Assembly: GCA_020059485.1 (NCBI GenBank)
Contig: JAGVCA010000036.1
Span: 6,909 to 70,908 of the forward strand
Length of the DNA: 64,000 bases
Source of the DNA: Anaerolineales bacterium
GTDB lineage: Bacteria; Chloroflexota; Anaerolineae; Anaerolineales; UBA11579
Reading direction: 5' to 3'
Shown: in pieces, positions 1 through 9,099 of the stretch
How positions within the stretch are numbered: position 1 is the first letter of the stretch
Layout: each line of letters begins with the position of its first letter
Program-made: the position numbers and the translations under genes
Notes under the pieces: model-generated
Seen by the model: only the letters and a program-made list of their open reading frames with translations
Database searches by the model: none
Told to the model about the DNA's origin: nothing

Positions 1-377
1 TCGATCAGATAAACTTTATACCGCCCCTGGTTGGGGGAGAAATTGATCTTGTCGCGCAGATCGCGCACATCTTCCACGCTGGTGTTGGAAGCCGCGTCGA
101 TCTCGATCAGGTCCAGGAAGCTGCTGGACGCCACCGCCCGGCAGTGGTCGCACTCGTCACACGGACGAGCCGATTGGTCCTCGGCCAGGCAGTTGACGGC
201 TTTGGCCAGGATCCGGGCGACGGTCGTCTTGCCGGTACCGCGCGGCCCGGCGAACAGGTAGGCGTGCCCCTGCCGGCCAGCGCTGACGGCATTCCGCAGC
301 GTCTGGACGACATGCTGCTGGCCGACGACCTGGTCCCATTTGGCGGGACGCCATTTTCGATAGAAGGCTTGTGACAT
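1..377 (-). CDS. dnaX: DNA polymerase III subunit gamma/tau, N-terminal part (runs off window edge)
   Basis: Manual translation from ATG at 377: MSQAFYRKWRP...GQQHV...HAYLFAGPRGTGKTT.ARILAKAVNC...C..CDHC...DLIEIDAASNTSVEDVRDLR. Not in the ORF track because the stop lies outside the window. Confidence 0.97.
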   Translation of the reverse strand, partial: MSQAFYRKWRPAKWDQVVGQQHVVQTLRNAVSAGRQGHAYLFAGPRGTGKTTVARILAKAVNCLAEDQSARPCDECDHCRAVASSSFLDLIEIDAASNTSVEDVRDLRDKINFSPNQGRYKVYLI

Positions 378-479
378 GGATACTTTCCAGTAAGCGATAG
401 TCGATTGTCTGAAGTTGATTTTGAGCCGTGATCAGATTAAGTGTAACCGAGGGGCACCCGGTTGGCAAGCAGACCAGCG

Positions 480-935
480 TTATTCCGGTGTCGCCGTGCT
501 GATCTCCTTGATCTCCCGTCCCACATCGATCACCGGCCGGCAGAACACATCTGCCGGGATCGCCAGGTTATAGGCTTTGATCCGCACATTCAGGGCTGCC
601 GCGCTCTCGCTGAAGCGCCGGACAGCCTTGCGCCATTCCTCTTCCGCCAGCTGATCTCCATCATTATCCGCCAGGCGGTTTTGGCACCATTCCCACGAGC
701 GGCGGAGCGCCGTCTGCGCGGCTGCCAGGGACTGCTCGATCTCTTTGCGGTCTTCGATCCAGGGCAAGGCAAAGCCGTGCTGCTCCAGCATCGAAAAAGC
801 CAGCTGCCAATCGCGCTCCACGTGGGGATTTACTTTAAGATTGAGGGGTTGGCCTTTGCCGCGCAGGTTATCGAACTCGCCGCGTGCCATCGCCGCCTGC
901 ATGATCGTGTCAATTACCCGGTCGAGGTTAGCCAT
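480..935 (-). CDS. DUF1992 (DnaJ-family-associated) domain protein
   Basis: IMQAAMARGEFDNLRGKGQPL...LPWIE signature typical of DUF1992. Confidence 0.85.
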   Translation of the reverse strand: MANLDRVIDTIMQAAMARGEFDNLRGKGQPLNLKVNPHVERDWQLAFSMLEQHGFALPWIEDRKEIEQSLAAAQTALRRSWEWCQNRLADNDGDQLAEEEWRKAVRRFSESAAALNVRIKAYNLAIPADVFCRPVIDVGREIKEISTATPE

Positions 936-947
936 GACCAGACGCCA

Positions 948-1472
948 TCACGGCACGGTGTACACCGCCCTGATCTCCCCTTGCGGATCGATCAGGAAGG
1001 CCTGTTCTCCCGGCTGCCACACCGGGCTGTCCTGTCCCCAGTACAACTCCACTACCGTGCTGGTGCCGCTGCGGGAATACACCGTCACCGCCCCACCCTG
1101 GAACATCGTCAGGGCCGGGAAGTTGTAGGCATTGCCATCCTCGTCCCGCAGCTGCCAACCGGTCAGCGAGATCTCCTTCTGACCAATATGCTGGATCAGC
1201 ACCCGCTCGGTATCCAACTCGCCGGTGCCGATGATACTCTCGATCGACAGCAAGTCCGGGGTGATCTCCACCGCCGCAGGCCCGTCCTGCCCGCCCACTG
1301 GTTGGGTCACCAGCAAAAGTTCACCGCCGCCGTTGGCCGGCGCGCTGGGCGGCAGGCTCTCCGGTCCGGACGCCGGCAGGTTGATGAACAGCGTCACCAC
1401 CGTCCAGGTGGTCAGCGCTGAAACAGCCACATTCAGCAAGAGAAAATAAAAGATCCTTCGCCAGCTTTGCAT
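948..1472 (-). CDS. Membrane-anchored lamin-tail-domain protein
   Basis: N-terminal TM, then ERVLIQH...ISLTGWQLRDEDGNAYNFP...VTVYSRSG...LYWG...VW, typical of lamin tail domains. Confidence 0.8.
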   Translation of the reverse strand: MQSWRRIFYFLLLNVAVSALTTWTVVTLFINLPASGPESLPPSAPANGGGELLLVTQPVGGQDGPAAVEITPDLLSIESIIGTGELDTERVLIQHIGQKEISLTGWQLRDEDGNAYNFPALTMFQGGAVTVYSRSGTSTVVELYWGQDSPVWQPGEQAFLIDPQGEIRAVYTVP

Positions 1473-1574
1473 ATCAATCGCCCTGTTCGTGAGTTGCCTT
1501 GATTTGAATATAACACAAAACCCGACCGCATTCGCTGGAAATCAGCACCCCTTTTTTTATCCGGCCTCCCCGGC

Positions 1575-1602
1575 TTGACATCCTCCGGGAACAGGCTAGA
1601 AT
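1575..1602 (+). promoter_or_regulatory. Sigma70-type promoter, probably giving a leaderless mRNA
   Basis: TTGACA(1575-1580)-16 nt-TAGAAT(1597-1602); ATG follows 6 nt later with no Shine-Dalgarno. Confidence 0.7.
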
Positions 1603-1608
1603 TCGGTC

Positions 1609-2067
1609 ATGCCGTATCTTATCGATGGACACAACCTGATCGGGAAGATCCCCGGCCTGCGCCTGGACGACCCGGAAGACGAGCAAAAACTGGTCGAACT
1701 GCTGCAAGCATTCTGCCAGCGCTCCGGCAAGGATGTCGAGGTCTATTTTGACCATTCCGCCACCGGCCATGCCCGCGCCAGCGTGCACGGCCGCGTCACT
1801 GCCCGCTTCGTCCGCTCCGGCGAAGAAGCCGATTATGCCATCTCCCGCCACCTCAAACGCCTGGGCAATGCCGCCGCCAACTGGACGGTGGTCAGTTCAG
1901 ATCACGCAGTGCAGGCCGCTACACGGCGGGCCAGGGCCAGGGTGGTGCCCTCGGAAACGTTCAGCCTGGATCTGCTGGACAGCGGGAGCAGCGACCGGCG
2001 TGATGACCTCAAGATCAGCGGTGACGAGCTCGATGAATGGCTGGATCTGTTTGGCGGGGATGACTGA
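1609..2067 (+). CDS. YacP-like NYN domain RNase
   Basis: YLIDGHNLI, VYFD, EEAD, VVSSD PIN/NYN motifs. Confidence 0.88.
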   Translation: MPYLIDGHNLIGKIPGLRLDDPEDEQKLVELLQAFCQRSGKDVEVYFDHSATGHARASVHGRVTARFVRSGEEADYAISRHLKRLGNAAANWTVVSSDHAVQAATRRARARVVPSETFSLDLLDSGSSDRRDDLKISGDELDEWLDLFGGDD

Positions 2068-2078
2068 ACTGCACCACG

Positions 2079-2110
2079 AAAAAAGCCCTTCAAAGTGAAG
2101 GGCTTTCTCT
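2079..2110. terminator. Bidirectional intrinsic terminator between convergent genes
   Basis: AAAGCCCTTC-AAAGT-GAAGGGCTTT hairpin with an A-run upstream and a T-rich tail. Confidence 0.8.
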
Positions 2111-2126
2111 GACGTTTGACACTGAC

Positions 2127-2501
2127 CTACTTTCCGCCGACCAGTTCGTCCTGAAGTTTTTTCAAGTCTTCCCACTTGCCGGCCGCAGCTAGCTTGGCCT
2201 GCTTCGGCCAGGACGTCTCGTCCATCGCTTTGTAGATCGACCCAGCCGCGTCCAGGATGGCATCCAGTTCCTCCGGGGTTTTGGCTGCCAGCTGGGCGAA
2301 AGTCATGATTCCAGCTTCGTTCAGCAGCCCTTTCACCTTCGGGCCGATCCCCTCAATTTTGGTCAGATCGTCGGAACTCACGGCTGCGTGAGCTTCCTCA
2401 TGATGCCCGGCCTCGGGTTGGTCCTCCACCTGGCGTGAGAGCAACCACCACACGATCAGCACGATCACAATAAAGATCAACAATATCAACCACCAGTCCA
2501 T
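2127..2501 (-). CDS. Single-TM protein with helix-hairpin-helix (DUF4332-like) domain
   Basis: Hydrophobic N-terminus; DDLTKIEGIGPKV..LLNEAGI.TFAQLA...SWPKQAKLAAAGKW; GGAGG RBS. Confidence 0.8.
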   Translation of the reverse strand: MDWWLILLIFIVIVLIVWWLLSRQVEDQPEAGHHEEAHAAVSSDDLTKIEGIGPKVKGLLNEAGIMTFAQLAAKTPEELDAILDAAGSIYKAMDETSWPKQAKLAAAGKWEDLKKLQDELVGGK

Positions 2502-2543
2502 ATCTTCCTCCTGTAATGTTCTCTTGATTGTCAGAATTATACC

Positions 2544-3170
2544 TTAGGGCAAATACAGCCCGCCGGTCTGTTCCATCCAGTCTGCCACCCGATCTGCCGC
2601 CGCATCCACGTTATCATCGCTGATATCGACCTCAAAGACCGGTAAACTCGACTGCGCCGCCAGCCGCTGGATCTGCTCCTGCTCGCGGATGAACAGTCCC
2701 AGGTCGTCATATTGAGACGGGTTGCCTGAGACCTTCAACCGTTCTACTTTGGCGGCCTCAAAGGTCTCCGGCCGCCGGATGCACAACACGATCCGGAACC
2801 CAAGCGGCAGCAGACGCTGTTCCAGCCAGGTAAAATCGTAATCTTTGTCATAGGTCATCTGCTGGTACAGCCGGGTGGAAAGATGAAAGCGGTCGATGAT
2901 CCAGGAGTAATAGCGCTGCAGTTCAAATAACCGCGCCCAGGTGTGGTAGGTCTCCATGGCCAGCGCCTCCTGGTCGGGGGTAAAGTTGATCAGCCCGTGC
3001 CCCCAGGGAAAGTTTGAAAACGCACACCACTCTCCCGAGACCAGCGGGCTGTGATATTTGTACTTGCGCGGCCCGACAATCCGCGGGTGCTCGTTGAGGG
3101 CGAAGGCCAGGTCGGTCTTATGCGTCAGGCGCGTGCCTTCCAGGATGATCTTTGGAACCATTTTTGGCAT
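2544..3170 (-). CDS. Hypothetical protein, NMP/deoxynucleoside-kinase-like P-loop fold with atypical Walker A
   Basis: IILEGTRLTHKT, WIIDRFHLS (DR motif) and a lid-like region. Confidence 0.6.
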   Translation of the reverse strand: MPKMVPKIILEGTRLTHKTDLAFALNEHPRIVGPRKYKYHSPLVSGEWCAFSNFPWGHGLINFTPDQEALAMETYHTWARLFELQRYYSWIIDRFHLSTRLYQQMTYDKDYDFTWLEQRLLPLGFRIVLCIRRPETFEAAKVERLKVSGNPSQYDDLGLFIREQEQIQRLAAQSSLPVFEVDISDDNVDAAADRVADWMEQTGGLYLP

Positions 3171-3201
3171 CGGTGTATCTCCGCGTTATGGCTGCTCGGG
3201 A

Positions 3202-4080
3202 TTACTCTTTTTCCAGCAGGGTGCGCATCTCGTCGAAGCGGGCTTTCTCAGCCGGGTCCACAGTCGGATAGGCGATATCCAGGGCTTTCAAATTGTCCAC
3301 TACGATCTGGGCCACCGACCGCCGCATGAACGGCTTGCTGTCCGCCGGGATCGCATACCACGGTGCCCACGGCCGCGAGGTGGCATTCAGCATCTCCTCA
3401 TACGCCTGCATATAACTGTCCCAATGACTGCGTTCTTTTACATCCCCAACCGAGAACTTCCAGTGCTTTTCCGGCTCATCCAGCCGGGAGAGGAATCGCT
3501 CCTTTTGCTCATCCCTGGAGACATTCAGCCAGAATTTCATGATCACTGTCCCGTTCCGGGCCAGGTGCTGTTCGTGCTCATTGATCGATTGGTAGCGCAG
3601 CCGCCAGAACTCGGTCAGGTCATCCGGCACCTCTGGCAGTTTTTGGCCGTCCAGGATCCCGGGATGCACACGCACCACCAGCACTTCCTCGTAATACGAA
3701 CGATTGAATACCCCGATCCGGCCGCGCTCGGGCAGCCGTTTGCTGGTGCGCCACAGGAAGTCATGGTCCAATTCCTCGGCGCTGGGCACTTTAAAGGAAA
3801 ATACCTGGAACCCCGCCGGGTTGACCCCGGTCATCACATTTCGGATCGTACTGTCCTTGCCGGCGGCATCCATCGCCTGGAAGATCAGCAGCACGCTGTA
3901 GCGGTCATCGGCGTACAGCACCTGCTGCAGTTCCCGCAGTTCCGCCACCAATGATTTAAGGAGATCCTTATTGGTCTTCTTGTCAGCCTGATCATCGGGC
4001 GGGCGGGTGGGCTGGTCGTCGATCCGAAATCCGCCCGAGAACGGGACCAGGAACGGGGAATTGATCGCTTCGAAGTTCAT
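3202..4080 (-). CDS. ppk2: Polyphosphate kinase 2 family protein
   Basis: FQAMDAAGKDSTI, FKVPSAEELDHDFLWR, FNRSYYEEVLVVRVH, APWYAIPAD.K. Confidence 0.95.
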   Translation of the reverse strand: MNFEAINSPFLVPFSGGFRIDDQPTRPPDDQADKKTNKDLLKSLVAELRELQQVLYADDRYSVLLIFQAMDAAGKDSTIRNVMTGVNPAGFQVFSFKVPSAEELDHDFLWRTSKRLPERGRIGVFNRSYYEEVLVVRVHPGILDGQKLPEVPDDLTEFWRLRYQSINEHEQHLARNGTVIMKFWLNVSRDEQKERFLSRLDEPEKHWKFSVGDVKERSHWDSYMQAYEEMLNATSRPWAPWYAIPADSKPFMRRSVAQIVVDNLKALDIAYPTVDPAEKARFDEMRTLLEKE

Positions 4081-4089
4081 ACTTTCCTC

Positions 4090-4875
4090 CTAGAAACTCA
4101 TGTTGGTCAATACGCCGCCATCCACGATCAGGTTGATCCCGCTGATCCAGCGGGAGGCCGGAGATGCCAGGAAAAGACAGGCATCAGCGATATCGTCCGG
4201 CTGGCCCAACCGTCCCAGCGGGGCAGACTGGCGGTAATGGCGCACGCCCTCCGGCCAGCTTTCCTCGATCCCCGGCCGCCAGATCAGCCCGGGGGAGACC
4301 GCATTCACCCGGATACCCTGCCGGCCGTATTCATTGGCGGCTGAGCGTGTGAACATCAGCACCCCGGCCTTGGAGGCGTTGTAATGGCTGTATCCAGGCG
4401 CTGGCTGGATCGCCTCCACTGTAGCAATATTGATGATCGCCCCTCCGCCCTCCTGGACGGTCATCTGGCGGGCCGCGGCCTGGGTGCACAGGAAAACGCT
4501 GCGCAAATTGGCTGCGAGGACCGCATCCCATTCACTGGCGCTCATTTCCGCCAGCATGCGCTCCGGGTATGCTCCCGCATTGTTGACCAGCAAATCCAGT
4601 CGGCCAAAGCGGGATACAGTTTCGCTCACCAGCCGTTCCACCTCGCCCTCATCGGTCACATCCGCCTGGATCACAATTACCTCTCCCCCGGCAGCGGCAA
4701 GCTCTTCGGCGATCTTTTCCGCCGCAGTCTGGCTGCTGCGGTAATTGAGAGCCACCTGCGCGCCGGTCTGGACAAAACGCCGCACGATCCCCTCCCCGAT
4801 CCCGCCGGAACCGCCAGTCACCAGCACCACTCGTCCGGTGAAGTCAAAGAATTTGTCCGGTGAGTGTTCGGTCAT
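4090..4875 (-). CDS. Short-chain dehydrogenase/reductase (FabG-like)
   Basis: TGGSGGIG, NNAG, YNASK, IRVNAVSPG, DGG. Confidence 0.93.
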   Translation of the reverse strand: MTEHSPDKFFDFTGRVVLVTGGSGGIGEGIVRRFVQTGAQVALNYRSSQTAAEKIAEELAAAGGEVIVIQADVTDEGEVERLVSETVSRFGRLDLLVNNAGAYPERMLAEMSASEWDAVLAANLRSVFLCTQAAARQMTVQEGGGAIINIATVEAIQPAPGYSHYNASKAGVLMFTRSAANEYGRQGIRVNAVSPGLIWRPGIEESWPEGVRHYRQSAPLGRLGQPDDIADACLFLASPASRWISGINLIVDGGVLTNMSF

Positions 4876-4877
4876 TG

Positions 4878-5390
4878 TTACTTCCTTGTTAATTTCTCAA
4901 TGATCTCGCCATGCTGCGGAAACCTGGTGAGTAAGTCCTTGCGGTTGGCCAGATCAAAATCCTCATCGGTGTATCCCGGCGCCATGGTGGTACCCATCAA
5001 TGCATATGCGCCTCCCGGCGCTAGTCTCAGCCCCTGCCACACCCCGGCCGGGACAGCATACTGCACCCGCTCCCCACCGAAAAGGTCCTGCCCCAGAGTC
5101 ACCACATCTAGCCCTCCCGTCGGGTCGAGCAGCGTCAATCGGACCGGATCGCCGAGGTAAAAATGGTAAACCTCATCAGTCGGCAGCCGGTGGAAAGCCG
5201 AAAACGAATCCGGTTCGCCGGTTAGCAGATAGTAGATCGCCGTCCCGGCCGGCTTGGCAGAACGATAGCGGTCCGGCAGCGCGCCCAGGGGCAGCACATC
5301 CGCCGAGCGATAGGATTGGCGATACAGCCCGCCCTCGCCATGTAACGCCTCCAGTCCCAGGAGATCGATCAATTTCTGCACGTCCATCAT
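4878..5390 (-). CDS. Cupin, DUF985 family
   Basis: EGGLYRQSYRS, TAIYYLL, FHRLPTDEVYHFYLGDP, VPAGVWQG, TMAPGY..EDF. Confidence 0.9.
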   Translation of the reverse strand: MMDVQKLIDLLGLEALHGEGGLYRQSYRSADVLPLGALPDRYRSAKPAGTAIYYLLTGEPDSFSAFHRLPTDEVYHFYLGDPVRLTLLDPTGGLDVVTLGQDLFGGERVQYAVPAGVWQGLRLAPGGAYALMGTTMAPGYTDEDFDLANRKDLLTRFPQHGEIIEKLTRK

Positions 5391-5416
5391 TTCGCAGCCA
5401 TCCTCTGCCGACTCAC

Positions 5417-5896
5417 TCAGGGAAGTGACTGGCGGACTCTCTCTGGATCGATCGAACCCACCATCCGCCAGACCTCTTCGCCGTCCGCATTAAAGTATAT
5501 GAAGGTCGGCGTCCCAAGTGTGCCATATTCCCGGGAGATTTCCCGACCGGTTCCGGTCTGGACATCCACCACCAGCACGACCAATTGTCCTACCAATTCT
5601 GTCTTCAGCCCATTCACGATGGGCTCGGCTGCTAGGCAGGCCAGTCAATTTGGAGACCGCACCTCCAGCAAGACCGGCATCCCTGCCCCGATCTGATTGC
5701 GCACGCCCGCCGCGCCTGGATCCTCAACCGCAGCCGGCCGCAGCGCCAGAAACACGACGGCCAAAACGACTGTTACCGCACCCAAACTGATCAGCGCCCA
5801 CTGGTCGGTTGACCGCCGCAAGATCAGCACCGCCGCCATTACCCACAGCCCGATCACCAGCAGCAGGAACGAATTCTGATTTACGATTTGAGCCAT
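5417..5896 (-). CDS. Membrane-anchored thioredoxin-fold selenoprotein (UxxC; in-frame TGA at 5645-5647)
   Basis: ORFs 5645..5896 and 5417..5617 are in the same frame: ...PVLLEVRSPN-TGA-LACLAAEPIVNGL...GTPTFIYFNADGEEVWRMVG. A SECIS-like hairpin follows the TGA. Confidence 0.85.
5607..5625 (-). promoter_or_regulatory. Candidate bacterial SECIS element
   Basis: AGCCCAU-CGUGA-AUGGGCU; the stem starts 19 nt after the UGA and G is the second loop base. Confidence 0.65.
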
Positions 5897-5903
5897 ATGC
5901 TCC

Positions 5904-6422
5904 TTATAATTGCGAGTCGTCTTCTTTGCCAAAACGATCGTCCGATCGGGTCTGCCGCAGTTCATCACGCGATCCCCGGTACCACCCCAGGCCAGAGACC
6001 TCCCAATGATCAAAGTCCGGGATATAGGGTTTGATATCCAGCAGCGGTGTACCATCCAGGATATCCACATTCTCGATCTCCAGCCGCTTGCCGGAAACTG
6101 CCGTCAGCCGCACGATCGAAAGGCCGATCGGATTCGGACGACTGGGCGCTCGGGTGGCAAACACCCCATGCGGCTCACCATCCAGGAACGGGGTCACCTG
6201 CAGCCGGGCTGCGCCTGCCTGATGGAAGTGATACAACAGGATCAGATGAGAAAAACCTTCCAGGTCGGCCAGCCCGGGCACGAAATCCGGCTGCATCTCG
6301 ATCCATCCCTTGACCCCCAACGCGGCCGCCGGCTGGATCGGCATCCCGCTGGGCTGCTTGAACGGGCTGTGGATCAGGCCGATCGGATCGAAGGATACCG
6401 GCCGCAATTCAGCGCCGCTCAT
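5904..6422 (-). CDS. trmO: tRNA (N6-threonylcarbamoyladenosine37-N6)-methyltransferase TrmO/TsaA
   Basis: PIGLIHSPF..P.GMPIQ, GL.DLEGFSH, GVFATRAPSRPNPIGLS, VDILDGTPLLDIKPY. Start reassigned to ATG 6422 (GGAGG upstream). Confidence 0.93.
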   Translation of the reverse strand: MSGAELRPVSFDPIGLIHSPFKQPSGMPIQPAAALGVKGWIEMQPDFVPGLADLEGFSHLILLYHFHQAGAARLQVTPFLDGEPHGVFATRAPSRPNPIGLSIVRLTAVSGKRLEIENVDILDGTPLLDIKPYIPDFDHWEVSGLGWYRGSRDELRQTRSDDRFGKEDDSQL

Positions 6423-7533
6423 CGCCCTCCTCCAGCAGCCGTTTATCAACTGAGGCCAGACGCTCACGCAGCCGGCGGACTTGGTTCTCGATCTGGGCAT
6501 TGTGCACCCCGAGGAAGTCACTCAACTGCATCGTCGGCTGGCTCTCCTCCTCCGTGAAAACGATCTCGCGCGCCAGCGGCGCCAGCAGCACGTTCAGATA
6601 CTCCATCGTGAACTTACGGATCGATTCGTCCAGGTAGGAGAAATCCACCCCCAGCGAAAGCCGGTCCATCAGCGAACTACGCTGGTCGATGGTCAGCTCT
6701 GCCAGCCGCTCATCGCCCGGCAGCACCCGCTTGGATGGCCCCTGCCCGAGCACACCGCCCCATTTCTTCTCGCGGATCTCGTACAGTTTCCAATCTTCCT
6801 TTTCGACAAAGAACCCCTGGAATTCGGATCGAATCCCTGAAATGACCACCTGCCCGGCGTCGTTGATCCGCAGACCGACCTTTTTCATGTCCACGCCCAG
6901 GTTGGCCTTGAACCGAGTATCCAGGATCCCTAGGTATTCCTGTTCGCTGCCCCGCCGCAGGCTGTCCGGTGGTGCGCTTTCCAGCTCTCGCAGGAGCACA
7001 TCCGTGATCATCGACTTAACCTCCAGGAAGGAGACCTTCTCGATCGGGCGGATGCTGTCCACCTCGACATGCATGTTCTTCTGCTTTTCCAGCTCGCGCT
7101 CCAGGATCGCCTTCTCCTTTTGCAGCAGGATGATCTCCTCGCGCTGTTCCTCGCCAACCTCGGTTAATTGACGCAGGTCTTGCTTGAGCACCAGGTCAGT
7201 CTCGATCTGCCTCTCGATCTGACGCACACCTTCACGAACTTTAGCGCGCAGCACAGCCGGCAGAGTGAAGGCGAACACAGCCGTACCCAGGGCCGCGCCC
7301 AGCGACGCCACCAGAACGGCAGTACTTTTTTCACTCAAGGAGTTGGCGACAAAGAACGACCCGGCCGCCAGCGCTGCCCCAGCCGCCAGCAGAATCCCGA
7401 GATAGATCTGGTTGAAAAAGCCGGTCAGCGCACCCCAGTAGCGCGTCAAGCGGTGCTGAAGTCCTCGCCAAGCGCGGCGCACCCGGCGTCCCCGTTCCTG
7501 GCGGGCTCGTTTTTGATTTTGATCATTATTCAT
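6409..7533 (-). CDS. Two-TM coiled-coil protein with possible DUF4230-like C-terminal domain
   Basis: Two hydrophobic helices and a heptad-rich middle; FKANLGVDMKKV resembles the DUF4230 core. TATAAT lies 6 nt before the ATG. Confidence 0.55.
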   Translation of the reverse strand: MNNDQNQKRARQERGRRVRRAWRGLQHRLTRYWGALTGFFNQIYLGILLAAGAALAAGSFFVANSLSEKSTAVLVASLGAALGTAVFAFTLPAVLRAKVREGVRQIERQIETDLVLKQDLRQLTEVGEEQREEIILLQKEKAILERELEKQKNMHVEVDSIRPIEKVSFLEVKSMITDVLLRELESAPPDSLRRGSEQEYLGILDTRFKANLGVDMKKVGLRINDAGQVVISGIRSEFQGFFVEKEDWKLYEIREKKWGGVLGQGPSKRVLPGDERLAELTIDQRSSLMDRLSLGVDFSYLDESIRKFTMEYLNVLLAPLAREIVFTEEESQPTMQLSDFLGVHNAQIENQVRRLRERLASVDKRLLEEGDERR

Positions 7534-7586
7534 GGGGCAATTATAACGGTGATTTGCCGGGACCTTGATCCGGAAGCAGCAGAGAG

Positions 7587-8936
7587 TTATTTCGTCGGCT
7601 GCTGGGTTTCCAGGTCTTCTCTCGGCGGTTCGTAAACGTACGTCCGGACCCGGTCATCCAGGTCTACCATGCGTTCTTCCGCCCGGTAGTTGGGATCCAT
7701 CCCGATCAGATTGGCAAGTACAGAAGAATACAATCTCGCCCGGTTGCGGCCTTCCTGCTTGGCGGCATACAGGGCGATATCCGCATTATGGATCAGATCA
7801 CGGGCGGAAGTGGCATCCCCCGTGCGCCCAGCGATCCCAAAACTGAGCGTGACCTTGATCGGCCTCGGACTGGTGGCAACTTCAAATCCGGCTTCCTCGA
7901 TCAGTTTACGGATCCTGTCAATGGGCGGGTAGGCATCCTCAGGGGACATCTCGGGAAACATAATGGCAAATTCCTCACCGCCAAAACGGGCAACAATATC
8001 ATATTCCCGCACGTTGGTGCGCAGGATATCGGCCACGCCCTTTAGCACCACATCTCCGGCCAGATGCCCGTAAGTATTATTGATATTGCGCAGCAGATCG
8101 AGGTCGGCCATCACGATCGTCAGCGGCCGCTGGTAACGGTTCGCACGCGCCAGTTCTTCCTCCAGGTTTTTGACCAGGTAACGGGCATTGAAAACCCCGG
8201 TCTTGGCATCCATCATGCTCTCACGCTCAAGCGCCGGCACACGCAGCACGCTGTATAAGATATAAAGCGAGACCAGCAGCAGCACAACCAGCAACGGATG
8301 CGTGCCCCACAGAATGAAGCCCGCCGCGCCCATACACACCAGCGTAAAATCGATCATCAGCGGCAGAAAGTTAAACACCCCGGACTTTTTAAAGCCGATC
8401 CCCCGTGTCAGGTAGATCACCAACCCCACCAGCAGCGCATTCAGCAGCACGAACGTCAGCAATGCTGCAAACAGTGCTGCCACACCGCCGGTAGACGTAA
8501 ATTCGGCTGCCGGGTTCAGCAGCCTGAAGATCAATCCGGCCGTATATCCGGTGATGATGTACTGGCCGATATTGAAGGTCTGGATGAACCAGCTCCACTT
8601 ATTCACCGGCCACTCGATCAGATGCGCCAATGTGATCACCACCGCCAGTTCTGGCGCACCCAATTGGAACAGCGTAAAACTGAATACCATCAGGCAGATG
8701 TTGTAATGGGTGTTCTCGGTCGTCCCCAGCGCATTGAAAATCAGAGCCAGCCCGCCCAGGACGGATAATGCCAGGACCTCAGGCCAGCGCGCCAGGTCCA
8801 GACGCGGCACTCCCAGCCCCAGGAGGATTGCCCCGATTGCGGTGACGGTCAGGATATAGAACTGAGCCCTTTTTGGAAAAGATCGCATACGATCGCTTGC
8901 CTGCGCTGGTATAAATTCAAATGTGCGAAAAGACAC
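7587..8936 (-). CDS. Membrane-bound diguanylate cyclase (multi-TM sensor plus GGDEF)
   Basis: About 7-8 TM helices; DAKTGVFN, DLDLLRNINNTYGHLAGD, RxxD I-site (REYD), intact GGEEF. The start may instead be ATG 8888. Confidence 0.92.
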   Translation of the reverse strand: MSFRTFEFIPAQASDRMRSFPKRAQFYILTVTAIGAILLGLGVPRLDLARWPEVLALSVLGGLALIFNALGTTENTHYNICLMVFSFTLFQLGAPELAVVITLAHLIEWPVNKWSWFIQTFNIGQYIITGYTAGLIFRLLNPAAEFTSTGGVAALFAALLTFVLLNALLVGLVIYLTRGIGFKKSGVFNFLPLMIDFTLVCMGAAGFILWGTHPLLVVLLLVSLYILYSVLRVPALERESMMDAKTGVFNARYLVKNLEEELARANRYQRPLTIVMADLDLLRNINNTYGHLAGDVVLKGVADILRTNVREYDIVARFGGEEFAIMFPEMSPEDAYPPIDRIRKLIEEAGFEVATSPRPIKVTLSFGIAGRTGDATSARDLIHNADIALYAAKQEGRNRARLYSSVLANLIGMDPNYRAEERMVDLDDRVRTYVYEPPREDLETQQPTK

Positions 8937-8991
8937 CTGCCTCTGCAGGAGGTAGGCACAGCCCCCGATCTGAAGTTATGCGTAGGGTTTG

Positions 8992-9099
8992 TCAGCCAGC
9001 CCAGGAAACCAGCGGCTTGGGCAGGTAAGGCCAGACGATAAAGAATGCAAACAGGGCTGTGGTCAGGATAATAAGTGCGTATTTCTTGATGGTATGCAT
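8992..9099 (-). CDS. Small hydrophobic peptide, 35 aa (MHTIKKYALIILTTALFAFFIVWPYLPKPLVSWAG)
   Basis: GGAGG 4 nt upstream of ATG; signal-peptide-like KK plus hydrophobic core; co-directional with and directly upstream of the DGC. Below the ORF-track length cutoff. Confidence 0.7.
   Translation of the reverse strand: MHTIKKYALIILTTALFAFFIVWPYLPKPLVSWAG

Noticed and set aside
378-479. SRP RNA (ffs), often upstream of dnaX
   Set aside because: No TCAGG...GGAAG.AGCAG helix-8 motif on either strand.
462-1421. Long antisense or alternate-frame ORFs (also 3058..3954, 24761..26008, 44231..45628, 50505..51521)
   Set aside because: They are shadows of recognisable genes on the opposite strand, expected at high GC, and show no motifs of their own.
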